NCBI RefSeq assembly: GCF_963921235.1
Contig: NC_086097.1
Coordinates: 253,024,001 to 253,088,000 of the forward strand
DNA: 64,000 nt
Reading direction: 5' to 3'
Source of the DNA: Mobula hypostoma
Taxonomy: Eukaryota
Every line of letters starts with the position of its first letter. Position 1 is the first letter of the stretch. The notes beneath the pieces are model-generated. The model was not told the origin of the DNA, did no database searches, and worked only from the letters and a program-made list of their open reading frames with translations. The translations under genes and the position numbers were made by a program. Of the stretch, positions 24,130 through 36,389 are shown in pieces.

Positions 24130-25264
24130 AGTATACTCACTTTGCCCTGTTTTCTGTCCTTGTATGAAGGTGGTTTACCTATTTATGCAAGTACTTCTCT
24201 GACAATAGATGTGTAACAGCCTGATGTAACATTGTATGGAAATACAAGATAACACCGATGCAGACAGGTTTTATACATTTAACAAGGTGCTTTATTAATG
24301 TATTGCTTGTGCAAACATTCAATAGATGTAATTGTCACTACTTCCAAAATGTCATTTTTAAGTAGTAGCTTATGTTTGGCATAGACGTGAAAATGTTAAG
24401 GATAAAAAAGGAAAATTGTAAGTTTCACTTTTACTCAGGTGAAAATAAAATCACTTTTGCCCAGTAACTCGTTTTATTGCACATGTTAAATACAGCGAAA
24501 TAATACACAAAGACATGGCAAAAGTAAAGGCAAACAAATGAGGTAACAGCAAATTTCACTTTTGCCCAGTAACAAGCCTTATTGCATTTAGTTGTAGCTG
24601 TCGCCCTTTCATCAGTGAAGAGACTATGGCTGTTGGAAATGTTTCCAGGGTGATCCCTCTGTGGAAGTGGGGAAGATGTTGGTCGGGCCACCCGGGGGTC
24701 TGTGTGTCAGTATGTGTCGCTGTTGTAGTGGCTGTGAGGCTGGTATTGTGGCGGTGAAAAGTACTGGGGGGGAGCCATCATATTCCTCATCATTGCAAAT
24801 CCCTCTGCAACAGAGTTAGTCAGTTTTTCAATGTTCGTCGTCAGCCGGGTCATACTATCCATGAACTCCCTGTCGGTTGCCTCCATACGCTCCAGCATTT
24901 GTTTTTTTAGTTTTAAGTCCTCCTGTGCGAGAGCCAACAGCTGTCCGTTGTTTGGCAATTTCCTTTTAAGTTTTTCTAGTCTGTAACTGGACAAACACGC
25001 ACCAAGTCTTTCACGGTGAGATTCGACACCAAACATGTCGCAGCCATCACCTGTTGCTCGGTCCAAACTGTCGGAGTCGGGCGTACTCGTCCAAGCGGGT
25101 GAATTCTGTAGATGTGTCCTGCACATGCCCAGTAGGAGAAGATTTGCCCAAATACCCGTTTTAATGTGGATGGAGGTATTTTCAAAAACGCCTGGTGTGG
25201 ATGCCTATCGTTTTTACGTGAAACTGGCGTTTTCAAATTTATCTCGTCTAGTGTGGACGTAGCC
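24130..25264 (-). mobile_element. PIF/Harbinger-type DNA transposon remnant
   Basis: End GTGTGGACGTAGCC followed by TAA (TIR GGCTACGTCCACAC); subterminal aaaacg repeats; other TIR not found. Confidence 0.65.
24707..25050 (-). pseudogene. C-terminal coiled-coil fragment resembling the Harbinger Myb/SANT-like accessory protein
   Basis: 'EKLKRKLP...QEDLKLKKQMLERMEATDREFMDSMTRLTTNIEKLTNSVAEGFAMMRNMM'; family assignment from recall, unverified. Confidence 0.5.
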
Positions 25265-25889
25265 TAACTGGCCTATCTCCTGGGACAATAACTATGCAGA
25301 ATTAAAAGTGTTACAGCTTCAGAGAAAGTGCAGTGCAGCTAAACAGTTAAGATACAGGGTCTACATTCTACCTTCTACCTGGCACATTGTACGTTCACGT
25401 GTGACGTGAGGCAATGAGACTTCACACTTTCAAAGCTAAATGTGTGGCCCAGTGACTGATGTGGGAGAAGTTCGTGGGACACTGACACTATTACTGGATG
25501 GAGAAAGGGGCATGTGCCATTGGGTCAGGCTTACAGAGCCACTCCCTCGCAGTGCCCCAGGAATGGGATCGGACCTGACCTTGTGTGTTTTCTGTGTGGT
25601 GTCTGCATGTTCACTCTGTGACCTCTGGTGTTCCAGTTTCCTCCTACCAACCAAAGACGTGGGTTAGCATATTAATTAGTAAATTAAATTGGTTTATTAT
25701 TGTTTCATGTACTGAGGTACAGTGAAACGCTGGTCTGCACTCCATTCATACAAATCAAACCATTACTCAGTGCACTGAGGTAGTACAAGGTAAAACAATA
25801 ACGGAATCAAGTGTAACAACTACAGTGTAGGTAGACAATAAAATAATAAGGTACAAGATCACAACAAAGTAGATCCAGGAAGTTGTAAC

Positions 25890-26295
25890 GTTAGCCAGCT
25901 CCATCAGGGCACTATCCAGCCCAGTCTCCAGGTCATCTTCAAGGAACGATGCCTCAAAAAGGCAATATCTATCATTAAGGGTCACCATCACCCAGGACAC
26001 ACCCTCTTCCCATTGCTACCATCAGGGAGGAGGTACAGGAGCCTGAAGACACACACTCAGTGATTCAGGAACAGCTTCTTCCCCTCCGCCATCTGATTTC
26101 TGAATGGACATTGAACCCATGAACACTACTTTTCTTTCTTTCTTTGCAGTACTTATTTAATTTAAATTTTAATATATATATATTCTTCATATTGTCATTT
26201 ACAGTTTTTATCATTATGTATTGCAATGTACTGCAACTGCAGAACAACAAATTTGACAACATATCCCAGTAATATTAAACCTGATTCTGATTTTA
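25890..26295 (+). mobile_element. Rex1/Babar-type LINE 3' fragment
   Basis: Decayed 'HHPGHTLFPLLPSGRRYRSLKTHT'; (attctg)n tail. Confidence 0.7.
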
Positions 26296-27235
26296 ATTGT
26301 GAGGTCAAGGTTCCAGCTTATCACACTCGTGAATATGTAATTGTCTTATCACAGGGTCACCATTAAAGAGGCATACTGTCCATGAACCAACATAAACAGT
26401 TGCCATCTGTGCCACACTGGCGGGCGCATGCAAAGGGAGATGTACACTGCTCTTAGCTTTACACTCTGTCTTGGCTGGGGTGGTTCTCTGCAAAAAAAAA
26501 CTCTCTCTGACATCCGCCTATAATTTCCCCCAATCAATTTAAAAGTATGTCCTCTTGTATTAGCTGTTCCCACAGGGAAACAAGTACTGGTTGGCAAATC
26601 TATGCCTCTTATTCTCTTTTACACCTCTCTTCCTCCTTCACTCCAAAGAGAAAATCCCTCGCTCACTCAAGCTATCCTCATAAAACACGCTCTCTAATCC
26701 AGGCAGCATCCTGGTCAATTTCCACTGTGCCCTCTCTAAAGCTTCCATGAGGTGATCAGAACTGAACACATACCTCTGACATCTCTGCTAATTTTATAAA
26801 TATGCCCTTTCATATTAGCCATTTCCACCCTATGAAAATGATGCTGGCTCCCCACTCAATCTATGCCTCTCATAATCCTATTGAGCACGTTTACAAGGAA
26901 CACTGCCACAGGAAAACTGCATCCGTCATCAAAGATCAGAATCAGAATCAGAAAAGATCCTAACCATCTACTTCATGCTCTCTTCTCGCTACTGCCCTCA
27001 GGCTGGAGATGTGGGAGCCTGACATCCCAGCCCACCAGGTTCAGGGACAGTTATTACCCCTCAACAATCAGGCTCTTGAACTGGCACAGAAAACTACACT
27101 CACCTCAATATTGAACTGATTTCATAACTTGACTGGAAGTGAGTCCATAACTGGACTTGCAAGAACTTACAAGGATGGTCTTAGCATTATTTACGTATTA
27201 TTTTTGTATTATTTGCACAATTTGTGACCTTTGGA

Positions 27236-27735
27236 ATTTGAGTTGAATTAAATTGTCTTTATTACTTACATCCTTCATATACACGAGGAGTAAAAATTGT
27301 TATGTTACGTCTCCGCCTAAATGTGCAATGTGCAATTTATAGTAATTTATAGTAAATAGTATGTACAACAGGACAGTCAATATAACATAGAAATACAATT
27401 GTATCAGCATGAATTAATCAGTCTGATGGCCTGGTGGAAGAAGCTGTCCTGAAGCCTGTTGGTCCTGGCTTTTATGCTGCGGTACCGTTTCCTGGATGGT
27501 AGCAGCTGGAACAGTTTATGGTTGGGGCGACTCGGGTCCCCAATGATCCTACGGGCTCTTTTTACACACCTGTCCTTCTAAATGTCCTGAATAGTGGGAA
27601 GTTCACATCTACAGATGCACTGGGCTGTCCGCACCACTCTCTGCAGAGTCCTGCGATTGAGGGAAGTACAGTTCCCATACCAGGCAGTGATGTAGCCAGT
27701 CAGGATGCTCTCAGTTGTGCCCCTGCAGAAAGTTC
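27236..27735 (-). mobile_element. Rex1/Babar-type LINE 3' fragment
   Basis: Minus-strand 'LFQLLPSRKRYRSIKARTNRLQDSFFHQAIRLIN'; (aattc)n-like tail. Confidence 0.7.
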
Positions 27736-27782
27736 TCAGGTAGTACATAGTGACACATGTACTCGGATAATAAATTTACATT

Positions 27783-28345
27783 GAGGCCCTCTGTTGGTCA
27801 GGGTTGGCCCTGGATGTTGTATCCTAGCCTGGGCAGTACAATATGGAGAGCATGCTGTTGCCCAAGTAGCAGGCTCCCCCTCTCCACACAGATGATGAAC
27901 CGAAAGGTATGGCAGAGACCGATACAAATTGGCACCAGCAGCATCGTATGAGTTGCCAGTCAGTGTTGAACTCAATGCAAGACTGCCTTAGGGACTCCAG
28001 CTCTGGATTTTTCCCTCAGGGTTTATTCCCGTAGCCTTCCCCGTGAGTGGGTTTAGCTGCAAGGCAGCAGAGGTTAGAGATCAGAATTTTCCTTCTCCTA
28101 GAAGAGCCGCCGTTCCAGGCTGACAAGCTCCATCTGCCCAAACCAACTGGTTTTCAGGTGCCAGTAACCCACCTTTGCCCCTTCTCCTGTCAGTAGAAAT
28201 GGTTCCACTGGGTTTAGTAGCGAAGCCACATGTGAAATCCAGGAGTTGGACTTGGTTGTCAGAGGTTATTTGAGGTGCACACCATTGGGAGCATTTAATA
28301 GGTAGCAGGAGCTTGTCCCCATTACCATCCCCGGCTATAGCACCC
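27783..28345 (-). mobile_element. Probable RTE-related non-autonomous element
   Basis: GC-richer block sharing 3' motifs with the SINE at 50219-50539; classification is inference. Confidence 0.45.
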
Positions 28346-28544
28346 TTAAGGAATGTATACAGTATAACATCCATTAGGTGGGTGCTGGTAAATGATGTAC
28401 TGTAACTGTGCAATATTTTTGTACAGTAACATTAGGCCCATTTGGTGAGCCCAAAGAAATCTCACTATTGCCGAGAGAGAGATCATCTTTAATCTTTTCA
28501 TAGAACATATACATATACATTGCTTTTGCTTTTACCCAGCCGAT

Positions 28545-29735
28545 GTTTTTTGAGGATGTGTCTAAACGCATTGATGAAGGAAGAGCAGTAGATGTTGTGT
28601 ATATGGATTTCAGCAAGGCATTTGGTAAGGTACGCCATGCCAGGCTTATTGAGAAAGTAAGGAGGCATGGGATCCAAGGGGACATTGCTTTGTGGATCCA
28701 GAATTGGCTTGCCCACAGAAGGCAAAGAGTGGTTGTAGACGGGTCATATTCTGCATGGAGTTCAGTCACCAGTGGTGTGCCTCAGGGATCTGTTCTGGGA
28801 CCCCTACTCTTCATGATTTTTATAAATGACCTGGATGAAGAAGATGAGGGATGGGTTAGTAAATTTGCTGATGACACAAAGGTTGGGGGTGTTGTGGATA
28901 GTGTGGAGGGCTGTCAGAGGTTACAGAGGGACATTGATAGGATGCAAAACTGGGCTGAGAAGTGGCAGTTGGAGTTCAACCCAGATAAGTGTGAAGTGGT
29001 TCATTTTGGTAGGTCAAATATGATGGCAGAATATAGTATTAATGGTAAGACTCTTGGCAGTGTGGAGAATCAGAGGGCAGTGTGGAGGATCAGTGGTTAA
29101 GAAGACGTACAGTGTATTGGCCTTCATTAATCGTGGAATTGAATTTAGGAGCTGAGAGGTAATGTTGCAGCTATATAGGACCCTGGTCAGACCCCACTTG
29201 GAGTACTGTGCTCAGTTCTAGTCGCCTCACTACAGGAACAATGCGGAAGCCATAGAAAGGGTGCAGAGGAGATTTACAAGGATGTTGCCTGGATTGGGGA
29301 GCATGCCTTATGAGAAAAGGTTGAGTGAACTCGGCCTTTTCTCCTTGGAGCGACGGAGGATGAGAGGTGACCTGATAGAGGTGTATAAGATGATGAGAGG
29401 CATTGATCGTGTGGATAGTCAGAGGCTTTTTCCTAGGATTGAAATGGTTGCCACAAGAGGACACAGGTTTAAGGTGCTGGGGAGTAGGTACAGAGGCGAT
29501 ATCAGGGGTAAGTTTTTTAAGCAGAGAGTGGTGAGTGTGTGGAATGGGCTGCCGGCAACGGTGGTGGAGGTGGATACGATAGGGTCTTCTAAAAGACTCC
29601 TGGATAGGTACATGGAGCTTAGGAAAATAGAGGGCTATGGGTAAGCCCAGTAATTTCTAAGATAGGGACATGTTCAGCACAGCTTTGAGGGCCGAAGGGC
29701 CTGTATTGTGCTGTAGATTTTCTATGTTTCTATGA
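28545..29735 (+). mobile_element. 5'-truncated CR1 LINE
   Basis: ORFs 28543-29100 and 29261-29644 ([26 protein letters not shown]); (tttctatg)n tail. Confidence 0.92.
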
Positions 29736-29847
29736 TGTAGATTGGTTAATGATTACAAGGAAAATGAGAGGATTGTAATGAGGCTTGGCCTGACCTCAGG
29801 ATAATGGGCTACTCTTGCTTCCTTCCAACCACGTTCATCTTCTGGTG

Positions 29848-29898
29848 TAACTCCGCCATAGATGGTCCCAATCTCGGCTGCAAATGGAGGATGGTTGG
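29848..29898 (+). ncRNA. Twister-ribozyme-like motif, copy 1 (degenerate)
   Basis: TAA-CTCC-GCC-ATAGA-TGG-TCCCAATC-TCG-GCTGCAAAT-GGAG-GATGG-TTGG against the canonical twister order UAA-P2-GCC..GUCCCAAGC..P2'-GAGGG. Confidence 0.7.
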
Positions 29899-30022
29899 GC
29901 GTGGGGCTTGCAACCCCGTCCTGTAAAACCCCAGGGCTACGGAAATGCTCACTAAAGCTCCAAAGGCCTACTCACTGGGAGATGAAGGACCCACCAAGGA
30001 GATGGCCTACACCTGGGGACAG
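29849..30022 (+). mobile_element. Twister-headed RTE-derived short element, 3'-truncated
   Basis: Colinear with 30173-30432 and with 49030-49365 (minus). Confidence 0.7.
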
Positions 30023-30172
30023 TGATGGGACAGGGTAGTTTAATGGTTTGGCACAGACTGTTTCCTGGATCCATTTAAACTACAGTAATCCCAAACAGCT
30101 TTACAAATCTTATGGAGGCAATTAGATTTTATGTGGTTTGTGTGATTGATTGCACATCGGGAAAGACATCAG

Positions 30173-30432
30173 AATTCCACCATGGACAGTCCCAAGCCTG
30201 GTTGTGAAAGGAAGCGAATCGAGCAAGGGTCTTGCAACTCCAACCTGTAGCCCAGAGCTACAGAATCACCAACAGAAGCTGCAAGGGCCTCATCGCTGGG
30301 AGAGGAAGGGTCTTCACCTCGGATTGTAAGATGGGCTACACCTGGGCACAGCTTGAGTGACTGGGCAGGACAGAGAACTGTGCTGAGCTGCTGTTGGCAG
30401 CCTATGCCCCAGTAAGGGTGACGGGCAAAGTA
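30173..30432 (+). mobile_element. Twister-headed RTE-derived short element (complete)
   Basis: 5' AA-TTCC-ACC..CAG-TCCCAAGC-CTG..GGAA; 3' 'caggacagag...gctgctgttggcagcctatgccccagtaagggtga' resembling an RTE LINE end (QDR..W..AVGGLCP). Confidence 0.7.
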
Positions 30433-31907
30433 TGTTGTGGTGTGAGACAGTGCCTTGAGACTGCACCTGAAAATCTTACAACTGGTATTTACTCTGCACT
30501 GATAGCCCTGTCAACTCCTACTAAATGAGCAACTTGTCAGTAGACACCTTCATAATGGCCCCGGCATCAGCATATATAACAACAGCATTCAAGGCTGCTT
30601 TAGTAACTTGAGGGATGAGGAGGAATTTAAGACATCCTGCGCCATAATTATTGGTTTAATTGGTTATTAACACATTTGGTGGTAATACTTACTGAAAGGT
30701 GTTAAAGCCTTCTGGGAAAAAGCTAGATGCCAAAAGCACATTTATCACCTCCCAGAAAATAGTCCTGTGGCAGATAAACCTGCACAGCTGTGCCTGATCG
30801 TTATGGACTTAGTTAATTAATTAGCAGCAAATAGCTGACTTACAGAAAAAAATCACATCACTCAAGGCTGTAGGACGTCAATACAGAAATTAACAAATAG
30901 TAAAATAATGAATTAATATTGTAAGTAAGTGCAGGAATAAGTGTTCTGTTGACATGTTCTGAGGAATATGTTGTATTGTAATGAATAGGTGAATTCAGTT
31001 ACTCTACACCCCAGCTCCAGCTTCTGACAACATGAATATTGCCCGGGATTTTGAATGGGAACATCAGAGCACGCTACATGATGTCCTACTTGTTAGTCTG
31101 AACTGCACTGACTTAGGAGAACACATCTGCATAGTTCACTTTTACTATTTTTGATTAGCAAAATCATGAGTAATTTTACCATCAGGGCATCTCATAAACA
31201 GAACACACTGCTTGCAAATTAAGTTATGTAACACAGCTTTTTTTTGTATTGCACTATTGACGATATTTTTTTCTGGAATGTGCACTACATGCATTTTGAA
31301 TTATAGTTTATTAACTTATTTATGGTAATATTTTGGTTTATGTGCTGTGTGTGATCTATGTTGTGTGGGTGGAACCGTGGTCTGGAGGGACGTTGTTTCG
31401 TTTGGTTGTATATCTGTACAGTCAGATAAGAACAAACTTGACCATGGTCCGGAGGAATGTTGTTTTGTTTGCTTGTATACGTATACAGTCAGATGACAGT
31501 AAACTTGAACTTGAGTGAGAAATAATGATTATTTCCAGATTAATTTGGGACACTTGGAAAGTCTGTCTTGGCATATCCTGCATGAGTCTGCTTTATGATC
31601 CAAAATCATCTCAGATCTTTAATTCCCCCGAGGGGCTCTTATCTCTGGTGCTCAACTGAGAAATGCACAAGACAATAAGATTCAAGGTTGGAGATTCAAG
31701 ATTGTTTAAAGTCATTTCCAGTACCCAAATGTAAAGGAAAACAAAATAATTGTTACTCTGGATCTGATGCAGCCCAAAAAAACCACAATAACATAAAGAA
31801 CACAATAATAAAAAAACACAGTAAATATAAATACATAAAAAAGTTTATATACATAGATGGCATGTCCGACAGGTAATGCTAGGTACATAAGGTGGTTCTG
31901 ATAAAGT

Positions 31908-32420
31908 TGTGGTGGGGGGGGTGTGGAGGGGTGGGTTAGTGTGTGGAGGTGTGTGGAGTGGAGGGTGGAGGTGTGGAGGGGTGGGTTAGTGGGTGGAGTG
32001 GAGGGTGGGGGTGTGGAGGGGTGGGTTAGTGTGTGGAGTGGAGGGTGGGGGTGTGGAGGGGTGGGTTAGTGGGTGGAGTGGAGGGTGGGGATATGGAGGG
32101 GTGGGTTAGTGTGTGGAGTGGAGGGTGGGGGTGTGGAGGGGTGGGTTAGTGTGTGGAGGGGAGGAGGGGTGAGTTAGTGTGTGGAGGTGTGGAGGGGTGA
32201 GTTAGTGTGTGGAGTGGAGGGTGGGGGTGTGGAGGGGTCAGTTAGTGGGTGGGGTGGAGGTGTGGAGGGGTGAGTTAGTGTGTGGAGGTGTGTGGAGTGG
32301 AGGGTGGGGATGTGGAGGGGTGGGTTAGTGTGTGGAGTGGAGGGTGGGGGTGTGGAGGGGTGGGTTAGTGTGTGGAGTGGAGGGTGGGGGTGTGGAGGGT
32401 GGGTTAGTTTGTGAAGGTGT
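31908..32420. repeat. G-rich ~40-bp minisatellite
   Basis: Unit gtgtggaggggtgggttagtgtgtggagtggagggtgggg; 40-bp period visible at 32001/32041/32081; C almost absent on the + strand. Confidence 0.92.
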
Positions 32421-33069
32421 TGATCAGCCTTGCTGCTCGGGGAAAGTGGAAAGTCACTGTATAAATTCTTGGGCTTTCTTCCCCCACACTAACATTACCT
32501 CCACAACAGGCTACAGTCCCTCATCTCCATGTCCCCCAATGCCCTGTGATTCCGCCACCCTTTGGTACAGAAATATTCTTCCCAATTTTCTTCAAGCTCC
32601 TCTTCCGCACCTCTCTCCCCACTCACCAACTCCCTGCCAAAGACAGAATCTCCAATAATAACACCCCCCCCCCACCAAATCCGGTCCCAAGAGTCTGCAC
32701 CCTCCAGTCAATCAATTCAGATTAATGTTTGGATTCCGATTCCAATTCACATTCCACTTGGCTATAATGCCCTCAAACCTCAAGACCCCAGACTCATGAC
32801 AAGAGGAATGGCTCAAGCACTTTCACTCTCAGAAGTCTGCAACAGCCAGTCTCTTGCAAAAGAGACCTTGATTGCTCAAAATCTCTAAGTAAACATCTCC
32901 TGTCAGGCCCTGCAGTATTACAGTGCAAGTTCTTAAGATTCAGAAATTCTGATTGCACAGTTGGATACTGCGGCAGCCACAGAGAAATTTAGAGGGAAAG
33001 TCAGTCTTGCCATGTCCAAAATTCATACCCTGGAGGTAGGAACAGTTAGACAGTTGTCCTCAGCATAAT

Positions 33070-34961
33070 AGAAACATAGAAAACCTACAGCACAATACAG
33101 GCCCTTCAGCCCACAAAGCTGTGCCGAACATGTCCTTACCTTAGAAATTACCCTGGGTTACCCATAGCCCTCTATTTTTCTAAGCTCCATGTATCTATCC
33201 AGGAATCTCTTTAAAGACCCTATAATTTCTGCCTCCACCACCGCCGCAGGTAGCCCATTCCACGCACTCACCACTCTGTGTGCAAAACCCCTGACATCTC
33301 CTCTGAACCTACTTCCAAGCACTTTAAAACTGTACCCTCTCGTGTTAGCCATTTCAGCCTTGGGAAAAAGCCTCTGACTATCCACACGATCAATGCCTCT
33401 CATCATCTTGTACACCTCTATCGGGTCACCTCTCATCCTCCGTCGCTCCAAGGAGAAAAGGCCGAGTTCACTCAGCCTATTCTCATAAGGCATGCTTCCC
33501 AATCCAGGCAACATCCTTGTAGATCTCCTCTGCATCCTTTCCATGGTTTCCACATCCTTCCTGTAGGTGAGGTGACCAGAATTGAGCACAGTACTCCAAG
33601 TGGGATATGACCAGGGTCCTATATAGCTGCAACATTACCTCTCGGCTCTTAAACTCAATCCCGTTATTAGTGAAGGCCAATGCACCGTATGCCTTCTTAA
33701 CCACAGAGTCAACCTGCGCAGCTGCTTTGAGTGTCCTATGGACTCAGACCCCAAGATCCCTCTGATCCTCAACACTGCCAAGAGTCTTACCATTAATGGT
33801 ATATTCTGCTATCAAATTTGACCTACCAAAATGAACCACCTCACACTTATCTGGGTTGAACTCCATCTGCCACTTCTCAGCCCAGTTTTGCATCCTATCA
33901 ATGTCCCGTTGTAACCTCTGACAGCCCTCCACACTATCCACAACACCATCAACCTTTGTGTCATCAGCAAATTTACTAACCCATCCCTCCACTTCCTCAT
34001 CCAGGTCATTTATAAAAATCATGTAGAGTAAGGGTCCCAGAACAGATCCCTGTGGCACTCCACTGGTCACCGGTCTCCATGCAGAATTTGACCCATCTAC
34101 AACCTCTCTTTGCCTTCTGTTGGGCAAGCCAGTTCTGGATCCACAAAGCAATGTCCCCTTGGATCCCATGCCGCCTCACTTTCTCAATAAGCCTTGCAGG
34201 GGGTACCTTATCAAATGCCTTGCTGAAATCCATATACACTGCATCTACAGCTCTACCCTCATCAATGTGTTTAGTCACATCCTCAAAAAATTCAATCAGG
34301 CTCATAAGGCATGACCTGCCTTTGACAAAGCCATACTGACTATTCCTAATCATATTATACCTCTCCAAATGTTCATAAATCCTGCCTCTCAGGATCCTCT
34401 CCGTCAACTTACCAACCACTGAAGTAAGACTCACTGTTCTATAATTTCCTGAGCTGTCTCTACTCCCTTTCTTGAATAAGGGAACAACATCCACAACCCT
34501 CCAATCCTCCAGAACCTCTACTGTCCTCATTGATGATGCAAAGATCATCGCCAGAGGCTCAGCAGTCTCCTTCCTCGCTTCCCAGCGTAGCCTGGGGTGC
34601 ATCTCGTCCAGTCCCAGTGACTTATCCAACTTGATGCTTTCCAAAAGCTCTAGCACATCCTCTTTCTTAATATCTACATACTCAAGCTTTTTAGTCCACT
34701 GCACATCATCCCTACAATCGCCAAGATCCTTTTCCGTAGTGAATACTGAAGCAAAGTATTCATTAAGTATCTCTGCTAACTCCTCCGGTTCCATACACAC
34801 TTTTCCACTGTCACACTTGATTGGTCCTGTTCTCTCACGTCTTATCCTCTTGCTCTTCACATCCTTGTAGAATGCCTTGGGGCTTTCCCTAATCCTGTCC
34901 GCCAAGGCCTTCTCATGGCCTCTTCTGGCTCTCCTCATTTCATCCTTAAGCGCCTTCCTTT
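33070..34961 (-). mobile_element. 5'-truncated CR1 LINE
   Basis: ORFs 34006-34938, 33744-34169, 33483-33704 and 33158-33589; TSD ATAAT (33065-33069 / 34962-34966). Confidence 0.93.
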
Positions 34962-35232
34962 ATAATGATAAACATCTGGACAGTTGTCCCCCGCATAATA
35001 ATAAGCATCTGGACAGTTGTCCCTAACATGATAAACAACTGGACAGTTGTCCCCAACATAACGTCGGGCAGTGCAGCGCGGCAGATTTAAAAGGAACAGA
35101 GCCTCATAGAGCGGGCAGCGTAGTTTGCGGGCAGCGGAGTGAGCCAGGAGCAGAGTGAAGACTTAAGGGCTTCGGCTCAACGGGCTTAGGCGGAAACGGG
35201 CGAGGCGAGGAAGGTTTGGCGAGAGGGGCAGT

Positions 35233-36168
35233 ATGAGTGTGAGGGCAGTTTGCTGTTCTCGGTGTCGGACGTGGGAGGCCCTGGAGTCTCCAAGCCTCCC
35301 GGACGTCTACATCTGCGCCAAGTGCATCGAGATGCAGCTCCTGAGGGACCGCGTTAGGGAACTGGAGCTGCAGCTCGATGACCTTCGTCTGGTCAGGGAG
35401 AGTGAGGAGTTGATAGAGAGGAGTTGCAGGCAGGTGGTCACACCGGGGCCACGGGAGGCAGACAAGTGGGTCACGGTTAGGAGGGGGAAGGGGAAGAGTC
35501 AGGTAATAGGGAGTACCCCGGTGGCTGTGCCCCTTAACAATAGGTACTCCTGTTTGAGTACTGTTGGGGGGGACAGCTTACCTGGGGGAAGCGACAGCGG
35601 CCGTGCCTCCGGCACAGAGTCCGGCCCTGTAGCTCAGAAGGGTAGGGCAAGGAAGAGGAGGGCAGTTGTGATAGGGGACTCGATAGTAAGGGGGTCAGAT
35701 AGGCGATTCTGTGGACGCAGTCCAGAGACCCGGATGGTAGTTTGCCTCTCTGGTGCCAGGGTCCGGGATATTTCTGATCGTGTCCAAGATATCCTGAAGT
35801 GGGAGGGTGAGGAGCCAGAGGTCGTGGTACATATAGGTACCAATGACATCGGTAGGAAAAGGGATGAGGTCCTGAAAGGAGAATATAGGGAGCTAGGAAG
35901 GGAGTTGAGAAAAAGGACCGCAAAGGTAGTAATCTCGGGATTACTGCCTGTGCCACGCGACAGTGAGAGTAGGAATGTGATGAGGTGGAGGATAAATGCG
36001 TGGCTGAGGGATTGGAGCAGGGGGCAGGGATTCAAATTTTTGGATCATTGGGACCTCTTTTGGCGCAGGTGTGACCTGTACAAAAAGGACGGGTTACACT
36101 TGAGTCCTAGGGGGACCAATATCCTGGCAGGGAGATTGGCGAGGGCTGCTGAGGTGACTTTAAACTAG
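35233..36168 (+). CDS. CR1 ORF1 protein: Zn finger, leucine zipper and SGNH/GDSL esterase domain
   Basis: CSRC...CAKC; LLRDRVRELELQLDDL; VIGDSIVRG, SGA, HIGTND and DGLHL blocks; uninterrupted 311 aa from ATG. Confidence 0.9.
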   Translation: MSVRAVCCSRCRTWEALESPSLPDVYICAKCIEMQLLRDRVRELELQLDDLRLVRESEELIERSCRQVVTPGPREADKWVTVRRGKGKSQVIGSTPVAVPLNNRYSCLSTVGGDSLPGGSDSGRASGTESGPVAQKGRARKRRAVVIGDSIVRGSDRRFCGRSPETRMVVCLSGARVRDISDRVQDILKWEGEEPEVVVHIGTNDIGRKRDEVLKGEYRELGRELRKRTAKVVISGLLPVPRDSESRNVMRWRINAWLRDWSRGQGFKFLDHWDLFWRRCDLYKKDGLHLSPRGTNILAGRLARAAEVTLN

Positions 36169-36389
36169 AATGGTTGGGAGGTGGGAATCAAATTAAAGAG
36201 GCTAGGCGTGAGGAGGTTAGTTGTGGAATGGGAACCAGTGCAGAGAGACAGAGGGGTGTAAAGTGAGGGTAGAAGCAAAAAGTACTAAGGAGAAGAGTAA
36301 AAGTGGCAGGCCGACAAATCCAGGGCAAGCATGAAAAAGGGCCACTTTTCAACATAATTGTATAAGGGCTAAGAGAGTTGTAAAAGAGC

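Noticed and set aside
31908..32420. Interstitial telomere
   Set aside because: GGGTTAG occurs once per 40-bp unit, with no tandem (TTAGGG)n.
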